DNA from: Gekko japonicus
Taxonomy: Eukaryota
Direction of reading: 5' to 3'
NCBI RefSeq assembly: GCF_001447785.1
Contig: NW_015160330.1
Coordinates: 1 to 64,000 of the forward strand
Length of the DNA: 64,000 bases
The number at the start of each line of letters is the position of its first letter. The first letter of the stretch is position 1. Below, one piece after another: positions 51,159 to 62,175 of the stretch. A program made the translations under genes and the position numbers. The notes under the pieces are model-generated. The model was not told the origin of the DNA and made no database searches. It worked only from the letters and a program-made list of their open reading frames with translations.

Positions 51159-51567
51159 AATTTTACACAAGAGATCGCAAGGAACCAACGAGAAGGGATG
51201 GCTGAGAGAGCAACATCTCTGTCATTTCCGAGTCATTTAGCACTGGTTCTGTGCCACGAAACTGGCATTTTGTACCTCCAGGTCTGCCAGAATTGTATCT
51301 AATGTTGCACAAGACTTCTGTATTTGTTTGTTGTGCCCCTGATGTTACTGTTTTCCTTTTGCTTTCACTGAAGAAACTTTCCAGTGTCCCAGATATGGAC
51401 AGAAATGTAGAGGAACTGTTAAGCCTTGACCGAAAAGGGCATGGAGGATGTTCCTGAACACAGAACCAGAGCTAGACTGGCCTCTTGGCTAAATATGCCG
51501 AAAAGGGAGTTTAGAGACCCAGAATAGAGGCAAAAATAGCCTTGGAGAGAGGCAAGAAACATGGAAG

Positions 51568-51963
51568 CAGGGCTATTTTGGGGCAGGAACGCACAGGAAC
51601 GGCGTTCCGGCTGGCTCCCAAGTTGGCCACGCCCAGCAGGAATGCATTAGCATAATAGGCCACACCCAACAGCAGAAACTCATTAGGATTGGCTACAGTA
51701 GGGGTGTGTGGCCTAACATGCAAAGGAGTCCCTGCTACAAAAAAAGGCCCTGGGTTTTGACAACAAACAAGGTAAACAGAATAAGAAGTAAAAGGTGGGG
51801 GTGGCTGGATGACCACACTTCTGGCAACACGGGGCTGCGGCCAAGTATGCTAATGAGCTGTGCTGTCAGGGTGTGGCCTGATATGCTAATGAGTTTCAGC
51901 TGTTGGGTGTGGCCTCCTATGCTAATTAGTTCCTGCTGGGCTTTTTCTACAAAAAAAGCCCTG
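51568..51963. mobile_element. Composite hAT MITE, family D
   Basis: TIR CAGGGCT(A/T)TTTT; TSD CATGGAAG/CATAGAAG; extra internal TIR end near 51752. Confidence 0.85.
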
Positions 51964-53502
51964 CATAGAAGCAACACAATTATATGGCCTTGTGCAGATC
52001 AGAAGCACTCAGAGACTATCTGTAGATATTACGTGCTGAGGCCTCGTTTCAGAAGCATCCGAGCCTGGCAAGAGCATACAGTTTTACAGAAGTTAAGATA
52101 CCCAAAGAGTGCTCGTAAATGGCTCTGCGTCTACGTGGAGGGAAGTCTCGAGTGGAGTGCGTTAGGGCTCGGTCCCGGGCCCGGTGTTGTTCGATGTTTT
52201 TATAAATGGCCTGGACGAAGACATAATAGAGGGGATGCTCATCAGATCTGCCATTGACACAAAGCTGGGTGGGATGGCTAATTCTGAAGAAGACAGAGTC
52301 AGGATTCAAAATGATCTAGATAGGCTGGAACAGTGGGCTGAGACCCCCCGATGAGCTCAGCCACGCCCCCGACGTCAGCAACGTGGCTGCGTCACCTTTG
52401 GTGACGCAGCTTTGGTGGCAGGGTTCCCCCGGGCCGCGATTCCGCCGGGGCAGAAATTGGGGCTCCGAAGAGGGGGATTCCCCACCCCCCAGGCCCATTT
52501 GGCAACCCTACCCCAGACTCATCCAAGTCTGAAATCTTTACTGGGCAACCTAAAATGGAGTTATTGCTTTCTTTCCTCAAGGGCAGAAAGAGGACCACTC
52601 CTCATACAGTTTTATTGTAATGGTTCATATAGGAAGTAATCTTTTCTTGCTTGTCCACCCCTAGTTTAAAATAGAACTGTATCACGGCAAAGCATGGCCC
52701 AAGAGGGTATTTTTAAAAGGAATCCTTCGGGCCCCCTCCCCCAGTTTTCTTACTTCCCAGTCCAGACACAGGTAGGAGAGCAGCGCTGACTAATAAACCC
52801 CTTGGTGATGCGCTAGCAGAGTCTGATCCAGTCAATGGTGCTGTCAGAACCCACAGCTCACAACGAAGTACACACATTCAGGAACGGTTATACTTTTATT
52901 GCAAAACTATAGATGCAATAACATAGGCACTGTTAGGAATGGCGGCAACCCATAGAACCAGATAGGATATAGGGCATTCTTATGCAACCCCCCATATTGT
53001 GCCAATAGGGCACCCTCCCGCGCGTGGGCAGAGTTAGGAAACGGTTAGGTGGCAAAAGCTGGGAATTGGGAATCTCTCACGATGGACGAGAGACTTCTAG
53101 ACAACACAATATCCTCCTGCACTTCTGTAGAGATAAGCATTACAGCCAAGGGATAGTGAAAGGGAAAGGAATGCAATAGCAATTAACAAGACTGATGGCA
53201 GCATAGCTGGCAGGTGCATGTGTGAAGAACATAAGATGGGGAAATCCACGGCTCCTACTTGGGGAAGGGACTTCTTAAGTCCCCTTAAGAAGGGACTTCT
53301 ATGCTTGCTTTCACTGGAAGATACCAAGCGCGTTGTCAACCTGCAGAAAAAAAAATGAAAACTCCCACCTTGCTATACTTGACTGAACTCAAGAAAGCTG
53401 TCCCATGGAATGGATGCCTGTGCGGGTGCACATTCGGCTGGCGCTACACCAATTGCACTGGCTACCAGTTGAGTACCAGATCCGCTTTCAGGTATTGGTA
53501 TC

Positions 53503-53895
53503 CAGGGCTTTTTTTGTAGAAAAAGCCCAGCAGGAACTCATTAGCATAATAGGCCACACCCAACAGCAGAAACACATTAGCATATTAGGCCACACCCCTG
53601 AGTGCACAGCTCATTAGTATATTAGGCCACACCCCCACATTACCAGAACTGTGGTCATCCAGCCACGCCCACCTTTTGCTTCTTATTCGGTTTACCTTGT
53701 TTGTTGTCAAACCAGGGCTTTTTTTGTAGCAGGAACCCTTTGCATGTTAGGCCACACACCCCTAATATAGCCAATCCTAATGAGTGTCTGCTGTTGGGTG
53801 TGGTCTATTATGCTAATGAGTTTCTGCTGGGCGTGGCCAACTCGGGAGCCAGCCGGAACTCCGTTCCTGTGCGTTTCTGCCCAAAAATAGCCCTG
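53503..53895. mobile_element. Composite hAT MITE family D, inverted copy
   Basis: Reverse complement of 51568-51963 over its full length. Confidence 0.85.
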
Positions 53896-54362
53896 GTTAA
53901 CCTTTAAAGCCATGCGCTGCCTGGGACCAACACACCTAAGGGACCACCTCTCCCCATATGGGGCCCGGAGAGCACTGCACTCTGCGAATCAAGACGTCCT
54001 GGTGATCCCTGGCTCAAGAGAGGTCCGCTTAGCCTTGACCAAGGCCAGGGCCTTCTCCGCCCTGGCCCCTGCCTGATGGAACGTGCTCCCACCTGGGATC
54101 AGGGCCCTGTGGGATTTGTTACCATTCCGCAGGGCCTGCAAAATGGAGCTGTTCCACCAGGCCTTGTGGCTGAGGCGGCACGCGTCGAATAAGATCTTAG
54201 CCTCCCCTGCTGAAGCGGCTGAAGCTGAAGTTACCATCTCACGTGGCCCAGGTTAAGAAATTCGAGAGACCAATGGCACCAGCTGGAAACCTCTGTATGA
54301 GGATTAAATAGTGCGCTCTGTTTTAATTTATGCTGTTTTAAATGGTCTTAAGTTGTTTATAT

Positions 54363-54720
54363 GGAGCTGCGGTGGCTCAAGTGGTTAAGATGCTGAACTG
54401 CAGGCTGTGGAAGGTCGGTAGTTCAGCAGTTCGAGACCCGAGTGTGCCGCATGACGGAGTGAGCTCCCGTCTCTAGTTCCAGCTCCTGCCAACCTAGCAG
54501 TTTGAAAGCAAGAAATGGCAAGTAGATAAATAGGCACCACTTCAGTGGGAAGGTAACAGCATTCTGTGCACCTTGGTGTTTAGTCATGCCGGCCACATGA
54601 CCACGGAAACATCTTCGGACAGCGCTCTGGCTCTTCGGCTTTGAAATAGAGATGAGCACCGCAACCCTAGAGTTGGACTCGACTGGTTTTCGAGCAAGGG
54701 AAACCTTTACCTTTACCTTT
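54363..54720 (+). mobile_element. Sauria SINE
   Basis: 14-bp TSD TAAGTTGTTTATAT; ACCTTT tail. Confidence 0.9.
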
Positions 54721-54943
54721 TAAGTTGTTTATATCTGTTTTTATAAGGTTGAAGTGTTCATACGTTTTGATATCATGTTGTGATCTGCCCTGAGGCCGCT
54801 TGTGTGGAGGGTGGAATATAAATTTGAAAAATGAATAAGTGATTAAAAATAAATAATATTTTGATGGGTGTCAATAAGCACCTTTCCGATGAGGGATGGC
54901 TAGAGATTCTACACTCTCAGTATAGAAAAAAAGTTGGCATATA

Positions 54944-54944
<1 letters not shown>

Positions 54945-55002
<58 letters not shown>
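54945..55002. repeat. (TG)n(AG)n microsatellite
   Basis: Direct reading. Confidence 0.95.
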
Positions 55003-55006
<4 letters not shown>

Positions 55007-55384
55007 CATCAAGCAGGGTTCCCAACCTCCAGGTCATCGTCAGACCATAGAGATCAGCAGGGGTCATTTCCTGCAGGCGCGCACAGGAGCCGAGCTCCGG
55101 CAGTAAAGAGCCCACCCTCTCATTAACAGCCTTGCTCGGGTCTTGCAAATGGAGGGTCTTTGTGGTGGCCTTTATTGATTCAGTGCATCAGCAACATCAT
55201 AGAAGTTTATAAAAGGCAGAGAAGAAGATGAAGAGATTGGATTTATACCCCACCCTTCACTACCCAAAGGTGTCTCAGAGCAGCTTACAAACTCCTTTCG
55301 CTTCCCCTCCCCACAACAGACATCCTGTGAGGTCGGTGGGGCTGAGAGAGCTCTTGACAGAAACTGCTCTAGCTGTGCCAGAGT

Positions 55385-55707
55385 CAGGGGTCATTTCATA
55401 GAAAAAGAGCTAGGGGAACTCATTAGCATAACTCATTAGCATATGCCACACCCCCTGCAAGGCCGGCGGGAGTGCGAGGAAGCCCCGCCAAGGCCCTCCC
55501 TGGCCCCAGGCAGGCAGGGGTGGGGAGCGGTGGGGAGAGGCGGGGAGGAGGCAACTTACCCTCCCTCTTCTCCTGCCTCCTCCTGGCTGAATGAGGGCCG
55601 GAAGTGGGCGGCCGGAAGCAGGGGGTGTGGCTTTGTTGTGTGCCTCGCCCCCCACACCTCACCCGGGGGAACTGTGTTCCCCCGCGATCCCCCCGAAATG
55701 ACCTCTA
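55385..55707. mobile_element. hAT MITE family C, inside a Squam3 SINE
   Basis: TIR CAGGGGTCATTTC / GAAATGACCTCTA; perfect TSD GCCAGAGT. Confidence 0.88.
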
Positions 55708-56147
55708 GCCAGAGTTATGGCTTGCCCAAGGTCATCCAGCCAGGTACAAGTGGAAGAGTGGGGAATCAAAGCCGGTTCTCCCAGATTAGAGTCCACACAC
55801 TTAACCACTACATCAAACTGGCACTCAATGACATTGTTGGGAAATAGGTTCACGACCGACCAAAGGAAATCTTTTCTCAACCGTAATGAAGTAGTAGGCT
55901 TTTCTACCCCACTTTCCTGTACCCTAAGGAGTCTCAGACTGGCTTGCAATCTCATACCTTTCCCCCATCAACAACAGAACTTGTTTCTTTATGTTAAAAG
56001 TTCCATTCAAGGTTGACTCTAGTAGGAGGGAGGGGCTCGGATCTCTGTGCTCTGTTTTCGACTTGCAAGGTTTTTTGTCTCCCCCCCCCCAAGGGTTTCT
56101 ATTCCATCATGGTATGCCCCATTCTTGCAGAAGAAAACTGAAATGGT

Positions 56148-56686
56148 ATAGCCCTCTCTCATAAAATCTCAGAAGTTATGCAGGGTTGGTAGTTAGATGG
56201 GAGACCATCCAGGAAGGCTCTGCAGAGGAAGGCCGTGTCCAGCCACCTCTGCTTCTCACTTGCCTTGGAAGCCCCTCGCTGGGGTCACCATAAGTTGGGA
56301 GCTAAGCAGGGTTGGTACTTGGATGGGAGACCACCAAGGAAAATTCTGCAGAGGAAGGCCATGGCCAACCACCCCTGCTTCTCACTTGCCTTGGAAGCCC
56401 CTTGCAGGGGTCACAATAAGTTGGGAGCAAAGCAGGGTTGGTACTTGGATGGGAGACCACTAAGAAAGGCTCTGCAGAGGAAGGCCATGGCCAGTCACCT
56501 CAGCTTCTCACTTGCTTTGAAATCCCCCTGCTGGTGTCACCATAAGTTGGGAGCTAAGCAGGGTTGGTGGTTGGATGGGAGACCACCAAGGAAGACTCTG
56601 TAGAGGAAGGCCATGGCCAACCACCTCAACTTCTCACTTGCCTTGGAAGCTGGGGTCACCACAATTTGGCTGTGACTTGACAGAAC
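56148..56686 (+). repeat. Tandem array of four 126-bp units of a 5S rRNA-derived SINE
   Basis: AGCTAAGCAGGGT..GTACTTGGATGGGAGACC (5S boxes A and C) at 56174, 56300, 56426 and 56552. Confidence 0.82.
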
Positions 56687-57189
56687 GTATGGTACGTGTG
56701 CCCCTATTCCACTTCCACATTCAGCTGCCGTGTGTCGACCCAGACTTGCACACAGAACCCTCTGCACCTTCACACCTTTGAAATAGTCCTATCGAACCAG
56801 TTTTTAAAAATAGGTCCAGGTGGGGTCGCCGTGTCGCTCTGAAGCAGCGGAACAAAGTTTGAGTCCAGTGTTGGTACCCTTAAGACCAGGAAAGTTTTAT
56901 TCAGGGGATAAGCTTTCATTTACACGCACACGTCTTCACAGTTATTTTAAAATATTTTAAAAGTAAAGCCGTTAGCGCTCTCTTGGGCCCACAGTAATGA
57001 TGAAACCACTCCCATTGGACCCCTTACCGGAACGTGGTCAGAAAAGCCACAGTGGCTTGCCGGAGAGTCACACGTGGCTCCTGAGCCACTACTGATGCTT
57101 TGATCTTCTCTGGTTTCTTTGTGAGGTTGAAGAGTCAGCCCAGACTTAATCCCCACTCATCACTGCTGCAGCTCAAGGGGGCTGGAGAC

Positions 57190-58155
57190 TCAGTCAGGCC
57201 TGGACTTGGTGGTGTCCCTTCCTGGCAGGAAGACCCTGACGACCCGTTCCCGGATCTCCTTGGTCCTCACTCCGTACACGATGGGGTTCAGCATGGGAGG
57301 GAAGAGGAGGTAGAGGTTGGCCAGGATGATGTGGATGTGGGGAGCCACGTGGTGGCCGAAGCGGTGAGTGAAGAAGGAGAAGAGGGCAGGGCTGTACGAG
57401 ATGAGGATGACACAGAGGTGGGAGCCACAGGTGCCGAAGGCCTTGCGCCTGGCCTCGTGGGAGGAGAGCCGCAGGACCGCGCGGACAATCAGGCAGTAGG
57501 AGAGGCCGATGAACAGCAGGTCTCCCCCGATGACCAGCAGCGCCACGCACAGCCCGTAAGTGCGGTTGACGCTGGTGTCCCCGCAGGCCAGCTTGACCAC
57601 CGCCATGTGCTCGCAGTAAGTGTGACGGATGACGTTGGTCCGGCAGAAGGACAACCTCCTGATCAAGAATGGGCAAGGGGCCATCAGCAGCGTCCCCCTG
57701 GCGACGGCAGCGACGCCCATCTTCGCCACCAGCGCCCCCGTGAAGACGGAGCTGTACCGGAGCGGGAAGCAGATGGCCACGTAGCGGTCCAGCGCCATGG
57801 CCAGCAGGATGGCCGACTCCATCATGCACAAGGCGTGGATGAAGAACATCTGGGCCAGGCAGGCACCGGCTTGGATCTCACCGCCCTGGAACCAGAAGAT
57901 GCAGAGCACCTTGGGCAGGGCGGAGGTGGAGGCGGCCAAGTCGATGGTGGCCAGCATGCAGAGGAAGTAGCACATGGGCCTGTGCAGGGCGGGCTCGGTC
58001 GCGATGACCAGGAGGAGGGTGCAGTTCCCAGCGATGATCACTATGTAGATGGCGCACACAGGCACCGAGAGCCACTTGTGGTAGGCCTCCAGCCCCGGGA
58101 TGCCTTGCAGCAGGAACGCGGAGGGGTTGGAGGGCGTCAGATTGGCAGAGGCCAT
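57190..58155 (-). CDS. Class I olfactory receptor, OR52-like, 321 aa
   Basis: GIPGLE, LHRPMC, MALDRYVAICFPLRY, HTYCEHMAVVKLAC, KAFGTCGSH, PPMLNPIVYGVRT. Confidence 0.96.
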   Translation of the reverse strand: MASANLTPSNPSAFLLQGIPGLEAYHKWLSVPVCAIYIVIIAGNCTLLLVIATEPALHRPMCYFLCMLATIDLAASTSALPKVLCIFWFQGGEIQAGACLAQMFFIHALCMMESAILLAMALDRYVAICFPLRYSSVFTGALVAKMGVAAVARGTLLMAPCPFLIRRLSFCRTNVIRHTYCEHMAVVKLACGDTSVNRTYGLCVALLVIGGDLLFIGLSYCLIVRAVLRLSSHEARRKAFGTCGSHLCVILISYSPALFSFFTHRFGHHVAPHIHIILANLYLLFPPMLNPIVYGVRTKEIRERVVRVFLPGRDTTKSRPD

Positions 58156-58255
58156 TGCTCAGCGGCAGCGGAGTCGCAGGGTCCTCTTCTGCGGCCCAGC
58201 CCCCATGACGGTCAGGCCACCTGGAAACCAGACCACAAGAGGCACAGGCCAAGAG

Positions 58256-58521
58256 TAAGGCTCCCTCTCAGCTGTGGGGTCTCGCGAGCAAAAATCCTAC
58301 TTTGCGAGCTCCTGGCATTAGAGTTGTGAGTGGGCGATTTGCCTGCTCCAAAAATTAGTTTGCATCCTCCCTGAGCAGAGACAAAAATGTGTGAGCCCCA
58401 GGCTAAAAAACTGTGAGCTAGCACACACTAGCTCAGCTTAGAATCATAGAATGTAAGAGCTGGAAGGGACCTTGCAGGTCATCTAGTCCAACCCCCTGCA
58501 CTCTGCTTAGAGGGAACAGTG
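58256..58521. mobile_element. hAT MITE family A with nested CR1 tail
   Basis: TSD GCCAAGAG/ACCAAGAG; a CR1 tail sits inside the TIR with GCTTAGA duplicated. Confidence 0.78.
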
Positions 58522-58738
58522 ACCAAGAGCATGCAGTGGACAGGGGGGTGGGGTTCCAGGTATTTTATTTATTTGTTTGTTTGTTTGTTTGTTGCATTTA
58601 TATCCCGCTTATTCCCATGATAGGCTTAGGGCGGCTCCCGACAAGGATAAAACACTAAATATGCAGTTAAAACCAATGAAATAAAACAAGATGGCAACAG
58701 CAAATAGCATCGGTCCAGAGCAGCCTGGTACACTTCTT

Positions 58739-59019
58739 GGTCGAATCTGCATCTGTCTTTCCCCACCAGTGTCCCAGCCTTCTGACACCATCTTCAATAA
58801 TAGCTGTCTACATTTGGTTTCGTTTTCACACCTCAACAGTGCTAGCATACAACTTGCATGTCTGCATATGTTTTTCGCCCTCTTGTGGCGGCTCCACTGT
58901 CATTGCGCCTCCGCACTGCTTTAAAAGAATCTTCTCCAAACAACATTCAAACAAGCCTAGAGAAAGACGGCGTCACAGCAGCACGAGACTGATTAAAAAA
59001 TGCAAATGCAGATTCGACC
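58739..59019. mobile_element. Short Harbinger-like MITE
   Basis: TIR GGTCGAATCTGCAT / ATGCAGATTCGACC; colinear with 36053-36331. Confidence 0.75.
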
Positions 59020-59204
59020 TTGTTAGATGTTGGTAGGATAGGAAGCATCTGTAGGCCTTCTATGTGTCCTGTGACAGATTAAGACCCTCTTCATAGGTCA
59101 TTGGTTGGAGCTTGACTAGGGCAGCTCAGCTGCAGAAGCTGCTGCCCAACGGGATTTCGGTGTCCGGTTTCCTTGGAAACCTTCTATTTAGCTGTAGATT
59201 CAAG

Positions 59205-60020
59205 CAGTGTTCCCTCTAAGCTGAGTTAGTGTGAGCCAGCTCACAGTTCTTTAGCCTCCAGCTCACACACTTCTGTCTTCATTCAGGAAGGATGGGGCTC
59301 CAGAGCAAACTGAATTATTCAGTAGTCAAATCACTGGCTCACAACTTTAATGCCGGTAGATCACCAAGTAGAATTTTTGCTCTCAGGACTCCACGGCTTA
59401 GAGGGATCATTAGTCCAGTGTTCCCTCTAAGCTGAGCTAGTGTGAGCTAGCTCAGTTTTCTAGCCTCCGGCTCACACATTTCTGTCTCCGCTCATGAAGG
59501 GAAGGCTCCAGAGCAAACTGATGTATGCAGCAGCCAAATCGCTCGCTCACAACATTAGTGCCAGCAGCTCACAAAGCAGAATTTTTGCTCACATGACCCC
59601 ACAGCTTAGAGGGAGCACTGGACACCAGCAAGATTTCCAGTGTATAAGCGTTTCAGAGTCAAAGCTCAGTGTGTCAGATGTCACGTGCATGCATCCCCTG
59701 AAACTTATTTCATTGCGGATTTCTGTCTCCCTTTCCCCCTCAAAGCAAGCTCGGTTTTCTAGCCTCTGGCTCACACATTTCTGTCTCCGCTCAGGAAGGA
59801 TGGGGCTCCAGAGCAAACTGATGTATGCAGCAGCCAAATCGCTTGCTCACAACATTAATGCCAGCAGATCACAAGTAAGAATTTTTGCTCACAAGACCCC
59901 ACAGCTTAGAGGGAGCACTGGACACCAGCAAGATTTCCAGGGTATAAGCGTTTGAGAGTCAAAGCTCAGTGTGAAACTTATTTCATTGCAGATTTCTGTC
60001 TCCCTTTCCCCCTCAAAGCA
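59205..60020. mobile_element. Tandem hAT family A MITEs plus a local ~300-bp duplication
   Basis: Two adjacent full copies; the 59450-59750 region is repeated at 59750-60020. Confidence 0.78.
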
Positions 60021-60344
60021 TCTTACGGACAAACAAAAATACAACTTAGATCTACACACACACCCCACCCCCAATGTACAGCAAAATCCATATCCTGGGC
60101 TGGTTTACTCAGGGCCACAGAAGGAGGCCGAAAGCCTGTGCCTCTTACCGACCGGTTTGCTCCTCCATCTATTCCCAAGTTTAAATGCCTGCAAGACGGA
60201 AAGGAAAGCCCTGCCTCAGGTAGTTCAGGCTTGCCTGACCGCATCGTATTTTGGAAGCTAAGTTGGGTCAGGCCTGGTGAGTCCTGGGATGGGAGGGGTT
60301 CCTATGCAGGGGCTCTGGGAAGCCGTCTCTGAACTGGACGGCTC

Positions 60345-60540
60345 AGGCCAGCTCGGTTTCATCCGATCTCAGAAGCTCAGCAGGGTCAGCCCTGGTTAGG
60401 ACGTGGGTGGGGAACGGCCAAGGAATACCAGGGTCATGAGGCAAAGGCAAGCCGTCGCAAACCGCCTCTTAGCGTCTGTTGCCTTCAGAACCCCCGCAGG
60501 GTTGCCATAAGTTGGCTGTGACCCCACGGTGCTTTCCACA
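60345..60540 (+). mobile_element. Degenerate 5S-derived SINE monomer
   Basis: GATCTCAGAAGCTCAGCAGGGTCAGCCCTGGTTAG..GGAATACC matches 5S; tail resembles the array unit. Confidence 0.65.
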
Positions 60541-60735
60541 ACCACCACCACCAAGAGGGAGAGAAAGAGGGGCTTAGCCCACATTTCTCACAGCTGGCGT
60601 GTCCCTGAAATCCCCCTCTCTTCTTGCACCAAATCCATGCGATCGTTTTAGTTCCCATCAGAATGCAAGTTGACATAAGAACATAAGAGACACCAATGTT
60701 GCATCAGGCCAAAGGCCCATCCAGTCCAACACTCT

Positions 60736-61242
60736 GGGTGCGTTCAGACGCGGCCTTTCTGCCGGCATAAACTGCATCGGTTGGAACCGGTGCAGTTTAT
60801 GCCGGCATAAACGCGATCAGACTTACCTCCTGTCTTTACCTTTAAAGTTTAAAACCCAACCTGGCCTCGCTGTAGTCCCGGACTCCTCCGGGAAGTTAAA
60901 GTAAGGCATTTTTATTATTTTTTTAAACAAACGCTCAGGGCGAAGCTTCGCCTGAGCGCATATCGCTTCCTCTTTTAAAAAAATGGCGGGGAAAGCCGGA
61001 AGCCTCAGGCTTCCGTCAGAAGTGTCTCTGTAACGGAGGAGAGCGATCAGACGCCGGGTGCACCAATTACAACCGTTGCACTCTGTTTACCACCACTTCG
61101 GACCTAGTGGCAGAGTGCAACAGTTTAAAGGGATTTACAACGGTTAGGGAGGGGAGGCAGATGTTCGCCGTCTGAACGCCCGTAAGTACACCGGTTGGAA
61201 CCGGCACCCTAACCGTTGTAAATCCCCCGTCTGAACGCACCC
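60736..61242. mobile_element. Young Harbinger-like MITE (507 bp)
   Basis: Perfect 15-bp TIR GGGTGCGTTCAGACG; 3-bp TSD TCT splitting a CR1 tail; CpG-rich. Confidence 0.88.
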
Positions 61243-61968
61243 TCTGTGTCACACAGTGGCCAAAAACACCAGGTGCCCTCAGGAGGTCCACCAGTGGGGC
61301 CAGGACATTAGAAGCCCTCCCACTGTTGACAAATTGCCCCAGCTCCCAAAAGGAAGGAGAAGACTTCTTTCTAAGGGCGCATCTCTCACTCGGGCTGCCT
61401 GATCCTCGGAGCTTCTCTCCTGCTCTTGGTGGAGCAGAGGAGGTGGGTGGGCAAGCCTTACCAGGTTCAGCAAAGGTGTGGAGATTGCACCCCCCCTCCC
61501 CATTGAGATCTGCCTCCCCCCTCCCCAAGTGGAAGGGGAGGGTGTCCTTCAAAGGCACAGAGTGGCACTAGGGGGCAAAGCATAATTTCTAAAAGGACAA
61601 CTTTGAGGCTTCAGTTTGTTCTTGCTGGCGGGCTTCCCTTACTGGCCCCTGTTGGGGGAAAGGATACTGGGCTAGATAGGGTGTTGCCAACCTCCAGGCT
61701 GGTGGCTGGAGACCTCCTAGAATTACAACTGGTCTCCTCCAGGCGACATGGATCCGTCCCCCCTCACAGAAATGGCAGCCTCACTGCAACAATCTTCTCC
61801 GGACGTTTGCGGGAAACCTGGAATCCAGAAAGGGGGGGGGGAGAGAGCAGCCCTCCCCTCGCCGGACCCCCAGATGTCCCCCACCTCAGTTAGAGGAAGC
61901 AAAGAGCACCGAAGGAAAGAGTTAACCCCCCACAACACCCCACCGCAACCCAAACCCCAGGCCACAAC

Positions 61969-62175
61969 CAGTGTTCCCTCTAAGCTGAGTTAGTGTGAGC
62001 TAGCTCACAGTTTTTTAGCCTCCAGCTCACACACTTTTGCCTTCGCTCAGGAAAGGAGGGCTCCAGAGCAAACTAATTTATGCAGCAGCCAAATTGTTTG
62101 CTCACAGCTTTAATACCAGTAGCTCACAAAGCAGAATTTTTGCTCACAAGACTCCGCTGCTTAGAGGGAACTTTG
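61969..62175. mobile_element. hAT MITE, family A
   Basis: Perfect TSD GCCACAAC. Confidence 0.9.

Larger units (their letters stand above)
53400..54850 (+). mobile_element. L2 LINE 3' fragment interrupted by a hAT MITE and a Sauria SINE
   Basis: LHQLHWLPVEYQIRFQVLV..LTFKA; 3' tail near 54830. Confidence 0.75.

Noticed and set aside
53074-53086. TCTCACGATGG resembling the U35 guide
   Set aside because: Partial match only; no C/D boxes or terminal stem, and not intronic to a visible host
52678-53107. Possible second solo LTR
   Set aside because: TG..CA candidates exist but no convincing TSD could be read
56174-56600. Functional 5S rRNA gene array
   Set aside because: Only part of 5S is present, with an internal deletion, a non-5S tail and no oligo-T terminator
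57100-58329. 409-aa ORF antisense to an OR, and similar antisense or shifted ORFs over the other ORs
   Set aside because: By-product of GC3-rich codon usage; no recognisable domain
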